Shown: positions 53,380 to 63,862 of the stretch, in pieces | Layout: the number at the start of each line of letters is the position of its first letter | How positions within the stretch are numbered: position 1 is the first letter of the stretch | Source of the DNA: Rhynchobatus australiae | Taxonomy: Eukaryota | Assembly (NCBI GenBank): GCA_034780895.1 | Contig: JAUZTB010000063.1 | Location: forward strand, 26,868,989 to 26,932,850 | DNA length: 63,862 nt | Reading direction: 5' to 3' | Made by a program: the position numbers and the translations under genes | Notes under the pieces: model-generated | Seen by the model: the letters and a program-made list of their open reading frames with translations, nothing else | Told to the model about the DNA's origin: nothing | Databases searched by the model: none

Positions 53380-55500
53380 AATGAGCCTTTCACACATAGC
53401 TGTATATTTGCTGGCCACTCTCACAAACATTTGATGGTATTTCCACATTGTTGGGTAGCAAGTTTCAGGATTCAAGGCTAAAAATATCAAAACTCTGACA
53501 TATTTCCAAGTCATGATGGTGTGTTGTCTGGAGGGGAATCTGCAGTTGGCGTTGCTCCTATGTGTATGCTGACCTTATCCTTTTACAAGGGGTTGGGAGG
53601 TGGTTTTCGAGTATTTGGTGAAAAACTGCCATGCATTTCGTAGATGGTACATACTGCAGCCACTGTATACTGGGAGTGAAGGAATGAGTACTTGAGGCAG
53701 AATCAGGTTGTTACTCATGCAGGATGTTTTGTAATGGGTGATGTCAAATTAAGTGCATGCTGCACTTATCCAGACAAGTGGAGACAACTCTATCCAGTTC
53801 TTGACTTGTACTAATTGAACGGTGGAAAAGATTTGGGGCAAACATTCCTAGTTTTGACATTATGACTGAAGTGTAATCATTGATGAAGCAGTTAGATCTT
53901 GAACACTGCCCTGACTACCTCCTACAATACAATATTAGAGCTAGGATAACTGAACTCCAATAAATCACTTTCCTTTATGTGAAGAATGATTCCAACCATA
54001 GATGTGTTTTTCCCTTAATGCCAATGACCAGCTTTACCAGGGCTGCTTGGTGCCATACTTGGTCAAATAGTACCCTATTACTAAATATGATCACCGTGAC
54101 CTCAAACATAGACAAAGGGAATTCAACCCTTTGCTCTATGTTTGAGTATTTGTGAGAACACGATTGGTGAATAAGTGCCATTTTGTAATACCTTCCATCA
54201 CTTTGCCGAAAATTGAGCAGTAATTAGTTGGATTGGATTCGCCTCACATTTTGCGGACAGGTTATATAGAACATAGAAAACCTACAGCACAATTCCAGCC
54301 CTTTGGCCCACAAAGTTGTGCTGAACATGTCCCTACCTTAGAAATTACTATACTTACCCATAGCCTTCTATTTTTCTAAGTTCCATGTCCCTATCCAAAA
54401 GTCTCTTAAAAGACCCTATCGTATCCACCTCCACCACTGTTGCCAGCAGCCCATTCCACGCACTCACCACTCTGAGTAAAAGAACTTACCCCAACATCTC
54501 CTCTATACCTACTCCCCAGCAACTTAAACCTGTGTCCTCTCGTGGCAACCATTTCAGCCCTGGGAGAAAGCCTCTGACTATCCACATAATCAAGACCTCT
54601 CATCAGCTTATACACCTCTATTAGGTCACCCCTNNNNNNNNNNNNNNNNNNNNNNNNNNNNNNNNNNNNNNNNNNNNNNNNNNNNNNNNNNNNNNNNNNN
54701 NNNNNNNNNNNNNNNNNNNNNNNNNNNNNNNNNCTGTTCTACCTTCAAAGTGTTTAGTCACATTCTCAAAAAATTCAATCAGGCTCGTAAGGCAGGACCT
54801 GCCCTTGACAAAGCCATGCTAGCTATTCCTAATCATATTATACCTCTCCAAATGTTCATAAATCCTGCCACTCAGGATCTTCTCCATCAACCACTGACGT
54901 AAGACTCACTGGTCTATAAGTTCCTGGGCTATCTCTACTTCCTTTCTTGAATAAAGGAACAACATCCGCAACCCTCCAATCCTCCGGAACCTCTCCCGTC
55001 CCCATTAATGATGCAAAGGTCATTGCCAAAGGCTCAGCAATCTCCTCCCTCTTCAGCAACTTTTTTACATTTTAACTGTATCAGAGCAGCTTGGCTAGAG
55101 GCACAGCTGGTTCTGGAACAGATCTGCAGTATTATATCTTGGATGGTGTCCCACTGCATTTTATGTATCTAGTACTGTTATACATCCCTTGATATCATGT
55201 AGAGTGAATAGAATTGGCTGCAGGTTCACTCCCATGATGGTGGAGATCTCAAGAGGAAAGTGAGTTACATCATCCATTTCTATCTGAAGATGATTGCAAA
55301 TGCTTTGGACCAGCCTGAGCTCTGGCATCATTGAGGATGGGCATATTCTTGGAACCCATGTCCTTTTGCAAGTTAATTAATTGTCCACTACCATTCATAA
55401 CTAAATGTGGCAGGTCTACATTTATTATCATATTATTTTTTTGATTTGGTACAGAATGATGGAATAATCCTTCGCATTTCTGTCCTTCCAAGTGATCAGC
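53380..55500 (-). mobile_element. Old CR1/L2-clade LINE interrupted by a younger CR1
   Basis: RT-like LFDQVWHQAALVKLVIGIKGKTHLWLESF at 53975-54075; similar decayed sequence resumes after 55055. Confidence 0.6.
54268..55055 (-). mobile_element. Younger CR1 LINE, intronic, spanning a gap
   Basis: REEIAEPLAMTFASLMGTGEVPEDWRVADVVPLFKKGSRDSPGTYRPVSLTSV and YKLMRGLDYVDSQRLSPRAEMVATRGHRFK; tail agaacatagaa. Confidence 0.95.
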
Positions 55501-56087
55501 AAGACTGTTGATTGACAAAGGGAAACGGGTACCAAAATCCTTTTTCTGTCTATGAAGTTTGGATTTTCAATCACCTCTTGAAAGCTTCTAAAATGTCAAC
55601 TTGCCCTGGAGTCAAAGCTACCTGTACACCAAAGGCATCACTGAAATTAAATCACAATCAATATATACAACTCTTTAGCCAAACACAAAATACATTTTTC
55701 TTTGCAGTACACTGTACTCTGTTGGATTGAAAAAATGAAAAAAATAGGCTATGAAGCTTTAAATCCCATTTAAAAATCAATGGGACACACATTTCTGCAA
55801 TTGACCTAGATGGACAACCTAACCTTAAAATCAAATATAGCAAGATGTCTTTTTTAATTTTACTATTGAATGAAAGCATCATATTGGACTGCACCTGCTT
55901 CAGACAAGCTATCACCTTACATTATTTATCCAACTTTTTACAGACAAAACGAGTTGTCTTATTGCAATAAAATTGAAAAGGTTTTGACATATTGGTTTTA
56001 ATTATTAAATAATATCAATATTGAATAATTTGCCTTTTGTTATGCAATATTATTTAGTCTCTACAGAATGCTTTTAAAATAACCTAC

Positions 56088-56181
56088 TTTTCCGTTACAT
56101 AGAGAAAACCATGCCGAATATAGTCAGTGGGTATCTTCTTGTCCCTGTTAATTAGACAGCAGCGCCATCCGTTTTCACATA
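56088..56181 (-). CDS. GRAMD4: GRAMD4 coding exon (94 nt), GRAM domain
   Basis: Acceptor tttttaacag, donor AA/gtaggt. Encodes (V)CENGWRCCLINRDKKIPTDYIRHGFLYVTE(N) (cf. recalled human VCENGWRCCLINRDRKMPTDYIRNGVLYVTEN). Phase 1 to 2. Absent from the ORF track. Confidence 0.96.
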
Positions 56182-57750
56182 CTGTTAAAAAAAAGTACAA
56201 GATTTTAATCGTGTATTTCCTGTTTGGTAACATGTTCTGCTAACGATAACATTTTCCAACATTAGTCTTTGTATTTGAATGAAGAAAATCACTAAGAAAA
56301 TGCATGTCATGCAGAGTGAGTAAAAATTTACCTCCGATAATAAAAATAAGCATTCTGAAAAGCTAATTGCTTTTCAAGTTAGAAACATGGAAACAGGACA
56401 ATGCTTTTCAGCCTCAAGAGCCTGTTCTGCCCTTCAAGTAGGTCATGGCTGGTCAGTATCTCTACTCTCTTTAATTAAAGCAAACAAAGATGTACCCTAG
56501 CAATAAATTTACCAACTAACCTAGCTTTAAAAAAGTTTTTGNNNNNNNNNNNNNNNNNNNTTAAAAAAGTTTTTGAGAGTTCCAAATATCCACTAGCCTT
56601 TGTGTGGATAATCAACATCAAACTGAACAGCTAATTCAAACTATCATTTTGCCTTTGTCCTCAAAGTCTCCTGTCAGTTTAGAAATCTGAAATTACCCAA
56701 ATTATCTCAAATAGTTCAGCCTTAATTTTCAATATACATGAGACAGTTGCCCCATTCTGGTGAAACTGCAGTCAGCCCCACCCGATCATTATGCGTTACT
56801 TGACACTAATCTATAAATCACTTCCCACTTCGAATAGAAAGTATTGGTAAAGCAAAAGTGTGAGATGCTGGTGAACACATCAAGGGATATGGATTAAAGG
56901 TAAATAAATGAGGTGCAGATCAGCACTAATCAAATGTGCAGCAGGTTCAAGCCTGTTCCCATATTCCTATATATTTAGCAGAAGCCAATCAATTTCCCAA
57001 TGCATTATACATTGGCAATGAATACCAAATGGAGGTCAAACGAGCATTACAAATGGACCCTTACATGAGTTGACAATGCGAGGATGGATTGGAGGGGAAA
57101 AATAGGAAGAAATTCAAGGAAATTGTGTGAACTAAATTTAATTCAACAACTACAGTTCTACTCAATGGGGTTGAGGTTTTTTTGAAATGAAGCAGCCAAT
57201 GGCCAGCAAGACTGATGTGATGATCGATGCGATAGGATACCACTACCTCAGTGGGAAGCAGGGGTTATTGAAAGGTCATCATGATGTTCTTTGGGAGGGT
57301 GCCTGAGAAAAATGGGACTCATTGAATGATTCAAGACTACTGCTTTGTTATGCAGAAGAGTCTAGTTTCAGAGGAAGATGTGAGAGGGAGATTATGGAGA
57401 CAGATTCAAAATCCACAGCAAATACTGCAGCAGTGATTTACTGAACAGGAGTTCAGATAGACAAGAAGTTTGAGGGGAAAGCAATGAAATTTCTAAGAAA
57501 ATAGTTTGACGTGGAAGAGGGCAGGAGTGGGATGTGGTCAAGGGTACAAGAACAGAAAATGGATGGCAAAGATTTTCTCAGTGAAGGCAGAAAGGTCATG
57601 TGAAATCTGGTTATGTGACATGAGATGATAAAATACAAGCACCACAAACTATTGTGGGCTGCTTGAGATTTAAAAAATTAGAAAATATTCAAAATTATTT
57701 CAGAGGTTTACATTAATTTATAAAATAAAATAATTTTCTTTTACAAATAC

Positions 57751-58040
57751 AAGATATTTATTTATTAGTCACATGTACATCGAAACACACAGCGAAATGC
57801 ATCTTTTTGCGTTACTGAGAAAGTGCTGGGGGCAGCTCGCAAGTGTTGCCACTCTTCCAGGTGCCAGAATAGCATGCCCACAGCTCCTAACCTGTACACC
57901 TTTGGAATATGGGAGGAAACTGGAGCACCTGGAGGAAACCCATGCAGACACACAGGGAGAACATACAAAATCCTTACAGAGAGCGGTGGGAATTGAACCC
58001 AGGTTGCTGGTGTTGTAATAGCATTACCCTAACCGCTATT
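57751..58040 (-). mobile_element. Near full-length tRNA-derived V-SINE, intronic
   Basis: B box ggttcaattcc, V domain, and 3' tail ending ...gtgactaataaa on the minus strand; homologous to 5037-5206. Confidence 0.88.
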
Positions 58041-58290
58041 AGAGTCTAGCTGTACAACAACCCACATCCAGAGCTTGCAACTACTTGCAGTCACCCACCA
58101 GTTTTGCTCTACATCACAAAGTACTCCATTGTAGCTATTATTACACATAATTTAATATTCAAAATAGCCCCGTTACTCCATCCAAATATATATCACAACA
58201 CTTCTACTATTGCAGATCCAGAAATAACAGCTTCAAATGCATTTTAAATTAAATCAGATTTTAATATGGGATAGATCTAATTGTACTTAC

Positions 58291-58435
58291 CTGGTAAAGG
58301 ACGTTCATTCTCTGCCAAACTGAAAATCTCACTGAAGCTGCTCTTCTTGCTGTGTGAACGTGCGCCATCATCCTCCCGACTATAAACAGACATGGCATTG
58401 GCAGTTACATTGGACCTTGACACAACCGTTGGAAT
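58291..58435 (-). CDS. GRAMD4: GRAMD4 coding exon (145 nt), linker into the GRAM domain
   Basis: Acceptor gtttccacag, donor CAG/gtaagt. Encodes IPTVVSRSNVTANAMSVYSREDDGARSHSKKSSFSEIFSLAENERPLP (cf. recalled human KKGNFHEIFNLTENERPLA). Phase 0 to 1. Confidence 0.94.
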
Positions 58436-60289
58436 CTGTGGAAACATCACAATTAACTGGTGGGTGTGCACATTAGACTTACATAAAATCACATGCCTCC
58501 AATTAGCAAGTAATATAGACACCCTTCCCTCACCATTATGTCTATTAACTTTCAGGAAAAGAGAAATCTTGCAGGGCTAGAGTCACTGGTTCCAATGAGG
58601 AACACTAGCTTTCAGCTGTTGAAACAGCAGAGTGTCTTGGACTTGCATGCATGCGTTACGTGGAAGTCTGAAACTTGGACAGATGGTGCTGCATCCAATA
58701 CTATGCATCACCATGGAGATTCCTCAGCATGTTGCTGGGAAACTGCCTCTCTGATCCCATGTTAAGTCAAATCCCTGTGATTTCAATGTAGAATCTCTCA
58801 GTGAAGACAGGAAGGACATGTGATGTCTGGTTATGTGACATGGAAAAAGGACAGTTGACAAAACTAGACCTGTAGATTAGGAGGCAAAGGAAAAGGTAAG
58901 CATCTTTTTTTAATTATTGTTTTTAATTATTTGTGTTTTCAATTAGTTCTCATGTCTAAATAATTACTTCAATTTTTGTAGCTTTTAAATGACCCCAAGT
59001 CATTTAAATATTTCAGTTCACTTAAAGCTTTGACAGAAAGCAAAGTTCTGCCCCAGCATTCAGGGGTGTTCTGGAGTCGGGGCTCTTCACCGTGATGCCC
59101 GAGGCCTGGTCACTGCTGAAAGCTCACGGCCCAACTCCAAAATGCAGAGAACCGGAGGGATTGTGCCTCAGCCAGGTGAGGGTGAAGGGCTGGGGCTGAT
59201 GCCATGACTTCATGCTGCAGACTGAATCAAGCATGATCAGGCACCTTACATTTACTTTATAGCATTTAATTGCTGAAAAAAAACAAGATTCACAATTAAG
59301 TTAAACAATTAAATTGTTACCATTATTTTAATATGTGCCTTGCAAAATTCTTTGAACTTTTTACCATTAGCTTCAATGTGCTTGTCAAAGCTGGCAGGAT
59401 AATGGAGTTTCAGGCCATTTCCTATTTGATCCAATGGCCAGAACATTTTTGTTAACATCATATAATTCTTACTCTTTTCCATTGTTTTTGTATTGAACTA
59501 GAATGAATTACTTACAGCATGACATTTAAAATGCATTTCTCCCTAACAATATTAATTACCCAGGATAATTACAGCTGTATAAGTTTCTTGGACCTTTCTG
59601 ATCCATTATGGCAGATTTTGCTATCATACAACATCAAAATTTTACACACAGAAAAAAATAGGTGAAGCAAATACTGCATAATTTGCACAATAGGAACAAT
59701 TAAAAGTGCTCATTAGAAACACTCAAAATCCAAGTCTGTAACTACCAACTACAATTTAAAATATTTATGGAATTCCAGTTACTAGCACACAGTAAATGAA
59801 ACTTGCTTTTATAGCAGATTCAGAAAAAGATGTGTTTCTTTGGGGGAGGTTGATGGAGAAGGAACAGTTATGTCATTACAACATTAACAGCAGCTAAGAA
59901 GACCTGTGCCACCAGAGGGTGTTCTACATTTACTAAAGAAGCTCCAGAAGAATCCAAGTCCAGCAGCACTCGCAGAAATGTCCAAGTCCAGGGATTTCAG
60001 CAATCTACATAAAATGTATAGTTAGAATCCTCCTTGGAAGGAAAACTTTTTTAATCTTCTACTTCTTACCTGCATTCACAGACTTACCCAACCACAGAAT
60101 AAAACAATTTGAACACAATTTGTAGTAGACATTATTTACGTAAATTGTGTCACAATATGCTCCAAATGACTCAGAAATGAGGAGATCAACAAGGGCCAAT
60201 GTTCTGACTGGTATTCTTTTATCCAGTTCTGAATAAATTGCAATCCCTTCTGCTTAAAAGTTGGCACTCACCACAAACACTGTATCCTT

Positions 60290-60860
60290 GCCTCAGATTC
60301 CATCTCACTCTGACCATCACCTCAGGATGAACCATACTTTCCATAATATTGGCATCATAGTCATCCATAATTTGACTCTGTATTCTCTTTACAACAAACA
60401 TTACCATCACTGGAGCATTGCCCATCTCTCCCTGTGCCTCTGCTTATCTTCACTCAAAGCCCACATCCACATCTTTATCAATTCCAGACCCAAGCTATAA
60501 CATCTACCAATCTTCACAAACTTCAGCTCATCCAAAACACTGCAGTTTAAATTCCATCCTACACAGACCCCAATCACAGATTACCTCTTTGCCCATCGAC
60601 CTACAATGGGTCCTTGTTCCCAGACACCAACAATTATTCATCCTGCTGTTCACATGGTTTCATGGCCTCTTCCTTTCCTATCCCTGTAATCTCCTCCAGT
60701 TCTGAAAACCCCAGGGCTCTGCATTTCTCTTGCTCAGAGGTTACTTACTTACCAACCAAAAATCCATCACTCCACCTATTCTCTTAAGTCCTGAGCTCTA
60801 GATCTCTTTCTCTAAATCTGTCCACCTTTCATCTCTCTTTCTTGCCAACTATTTTACTGA
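60290..60860 (+). mobile_element. Highly decayed L2-like LINE 3' portion
   Basis: C/T-rich, with L2-like motifs (catcacctc...gacctacaatgggtcc; ccctgtaatctcctccag). Similar relics near 31050-31380, 33860-34500, 35830-36090 and 57000-57550. Confidence 0.45.
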
Positions 60861-61902
60861 TGGATAGAGATACAAATCTTCAAAAAACACAAAACAAAAA
60901 GTTGTCATATTTAGTTAATTTTCAACCTTCCTCACTTCTGCAAAGAAATGTAGGGATATTAAGCAGAAAAACCAAAATGCTGAGTATAACAGTCCAAAGC
61001 GTAACAAGGGACTAAATAGTACAAAGATTTACAGGGGACTAAAACAAGTTACACTGGATTGATAAATCATTAAAAAATTATCTATAAAAAACTGCTTGCT
61101 TCAGATTAAAGTCACTATAATGTAATTTTTCCAATTTTCCACTAATAAAAATCAATTTACTTCCGAAGATTCTTATCAATCCTCTAGGCACTTTGACATT
61201 TCTACTTTTAATTATTTTTTTATATACATTTTAAGCGAAATGTTGCAGGACTTTTTTTCAACATTTTTACATTCTAAATATATTAACATTTAAATGTTAA
61301 TTCTTTTGATAAAGCTGAGGAAAAAAGTAATTCTATCTCTGAATGCTGTACAATGACGTGACAATGATGTGACAATATTATGTGACCTCTGGAGAGTACA
61401 CATCAGCAGTGTGCAGCAATGAAATCTTTAACACATTACAATACAAAATATTGTTATTAAAACAGAACAATTCAATAGGTATTGCTCAAGGTAAGTTATT
61501 TTATATACTTTAAGCTAAACATTATGCAACAGTTAGCTGAAAATTCCCTCAATCAGTAACAATAAAGTCAATAATACACCATTTAAAAACAGGTAAATTC
61601 TTTAAGGGAAGCAAAAAAATTATGAATGACAATTCTCTTAAAATATAGAATTTACTTGCTACATTAAGCTAAGAAATTAGCTTAATAATTTTCATAATCA
61701 CATTTTCAAAAGTATTTTTAATTGTTCCACCACTTTCTGTGAACAGAAAATTATTAAACAATTCAATAGCACTACAGGAAACAAGACAATAACATGACAT
61801 CAACTAGATCACACTTCACTCAATAAATAATATCTATTTTATAATTACAGACAATTGCGAAAGTACACATAATTAAAAAATTGTTAGAGACTTAAACCCT
61901 AC

Positions 61903-61920
61903 CTTTTCAAACCCTGACAG
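61903..61920 (-). CDS. GRAMD4: Candidate alternative 18-nt GRAMD4 microexon (LSGFEK)
   Basis: Minus strand reads gttttgttgtttctttttctgccag|CTGTCAGGGTTTGAAAAG|gtaggg. Frame-preserving and stop-free in a phase-0 intron. Prediction only. Confidence 0.55.
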
Positions 61921-62550
61921 CTGGCAGAAAAAGAAACAACAAAACATGTAACAGACAACAACTTATATCACACTATTCTAATTGGTGCTAAACTTAAATA
62001 GTTACATTTCTGAATTATATCTAGCCCAGTACTTTCTCACTCTCTCACACACATACACAAACAAACTAAACTGGAACCTTGTTAAAGTGCACTGAGCAAT
62101 GGCTGGAACAACAGATTATATCTTTCAGTTAAGGAAAAAAATTAGATTTTTCTTGTTTGTACTTTATTAATATTATCAACAGATACCAAGTATAGTTTAG
62201 AAATTGCTTTGGTGTAGTAATTTCTGCAGAGATTGCAAAGAGAGTTTAAAGAAAATTCATAATCAAATTCTATTTCTGCAGTGTTAACAACTATGTTACC
62301 AGGCATTGTTCAAACCCCAAACATGATCACTATAGTACAATATAAAAAAAACAAATACATTATCAATTGCATTTAGCCATCAACCAGGACCTTGGGTNNN
62401 NNNNNNNNNNNNNNNNNNNNNNNNNNNNNNNNNNNNNNNNNNNNNNNNNNNNNNNNNNNNNNNNNNNNNNNNNNNNNNNNNNNNNNNNNNNNNNNNNTGG
62501 GTTAGTTTTTTTTCACAAAAGCACCAGATAATTTAACCAAAAGCACCTAC

Positions 62551-62705
62551 CCTTCTTGTTAGAATAGCATTTGATCTTTCTTTTAGCTGAGGATCTGTAG
62601 GTAAATTCTTCCACACAATATAAGGAGTATCATATTTTTCTCGAAGCCTTGGACATCGTTTGAAGATGAAGTCAATGAGAAAAAACTTGACCCCTCCATA
62701 AAGTC
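62551..62705 (-). CDS. GRAMD4: GRAMD4 internal coding exon (155 nt)
   Basis: Acceptor ttctgttccag, donor AGG/gtaggt. Encodes (G)LYGGVKFFLIDFIFKRCPRLREKYDTPYIVWKNLPTDPQLKERSNAILTRR, matching recalled human GRAMD4 GLYAGIKFFLIDFIFKRCPRLRAKYDTPYIIWRSLPTDPQLKERS. Phase 1 to 0. Gene is 5'-partial in this window. Confidence 0.96.
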
Positions 62706-63862
62706 CTGGAACAGAATGAAGCAATCAATTTTAAAGGGTTATAATCTTGTACAATCTGACACCTAAATATCTCTTTTAGTAAAGCCAACTAACACAGAAA
62801 TCTATTTAATCTCCTTCACAGAAATTCATATCCAGCCAGCTTCTACACTTGAAATATTTATTCAATCAAAATTATTGCACTCAGCTGGGGTTCACTACTG
62901 AAGATTAGAATAATTCTCAAAGCTACTCTGGTCCAGTGGTTTATTTGGTGTGGTTCGTCAAGCCATACAAATGAATGTTCAGAGATAAGTCCAATTACTA
63001 TATTTTTGTTAAATAAAAGTGAGCTGTAGGAATGACAATTTAAGAATAGATATACCAATGACAACCTCAATTCAGCATTCACATGCTAAGCTATCATCCA
63101 TCATATGAACATAAAGAAATATACTCATAAAAAAAACGGAATCTTTCCATAGATTCCAAACATCCCAGGAATTTTTGGGATGCAATTTCTCTTTTCAGAT
63201 CTAATGGATCAGGTTCTCTTGCCACGGGGAGAGCAGCTCTTGAAAGCCAACAAAGTTTCAGGTTATCCTACAACTTCAAATTAATCCACAAAGCAGAATG
63301 GACCATAGCACCACTTGCTCAAATGCACTATTTAAAAACAAAATGTCAATTCTTTCCAAGGGAATAAATTAAACCCTGTAAAATGCCAATCATCAGAAAT
63401 TTCCACAAGGTCAATTAAATGTCCCTTAAATTTCACAGGGTAATCCTGGGGCTAACAACATCAGAACTGGCAAGATACCTTGTGCACAATAGATTTAAGT
63501 GCTCCTTCTGAAGGAATCCATGAGCGGAATATGAAATTTCTCTATGGTTCCTAACCTCCTCATTGTCTTTTGCTCATCTTCATCTTCAGAGTGGAATGAG
63601 ACATTTGCCTAATCTTCAGCAGGATACTAACTTTAGGTGAATTCCAGGTATTATAAGGATATTCTGTGGTCCAATAATGCGACTGTTCTATTATCATCTT
63701 TGATTGATGAAGCTCTAATTTGCCTTAAATTGACTACATTTTAACTTCTGATGGTAGAAAACACAGACATGGAAGTGTACTCAGAAAAATTCTACTTTTG
63801 AGAGGTAAATTTTGGTACCATCAAACAGATCCTCAGTGTGACTGATCATCACATTTGATACA

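Noticed and set aside
56527-56575. Identical ttaaaaaagtttttg on both sides of a short gap
   Set aside because: Typical overlapping-contig assembly artefact.
63550-63610. Possible extra GRAMD4 exon (ANVSFHSEDEDEQKTMR)
   Set aside because: No polypyrimidine tract, weak donor, and no similarity to the expected upstream GRAMD4 exon.

Overview
This is vertebrate nuclear DNA, not prokaryotic: AT-rich, CpG-depleted, with many N gaps and about half decayed retroelements. The repeat mix (CR1, Rex1/Babar, Penelope-like elements, V-type and Deu-type tRNA SINEs) suggests a cartilaginous fish, probably a ray (inference). The only recognisable gene is the 3' part of GRAMD4 on the minus strand. Six coding exons (62551-62705 down to the stop at 48867) have canonical GT-AG ends and consistent phases and encode the GRAM domain and C-terminus; the 5' exons lie beyond the right edge. 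Positions 1-45,000 contain no recognisable host exon and are dominated by transposon relics, including a GC/CpG-rich higher-order tandem array and a Penelope element split by a Rex1 LINE. The most interesting signals are two candidate GRAMD4 microexons: an 18-nt in-frame exon (LSGFEK) with an SRRM3/4-type UGC, and a 15/21-nt stop-containing exon inside the GRAM domain next to five RBFOX motifs. I found no evidence of a new multi-gene system. Most ORFs in the supplied track are spurious or gap artefacts. Homology calls are from recalled sequences, not database searches, and repeat boundaries are approximate.
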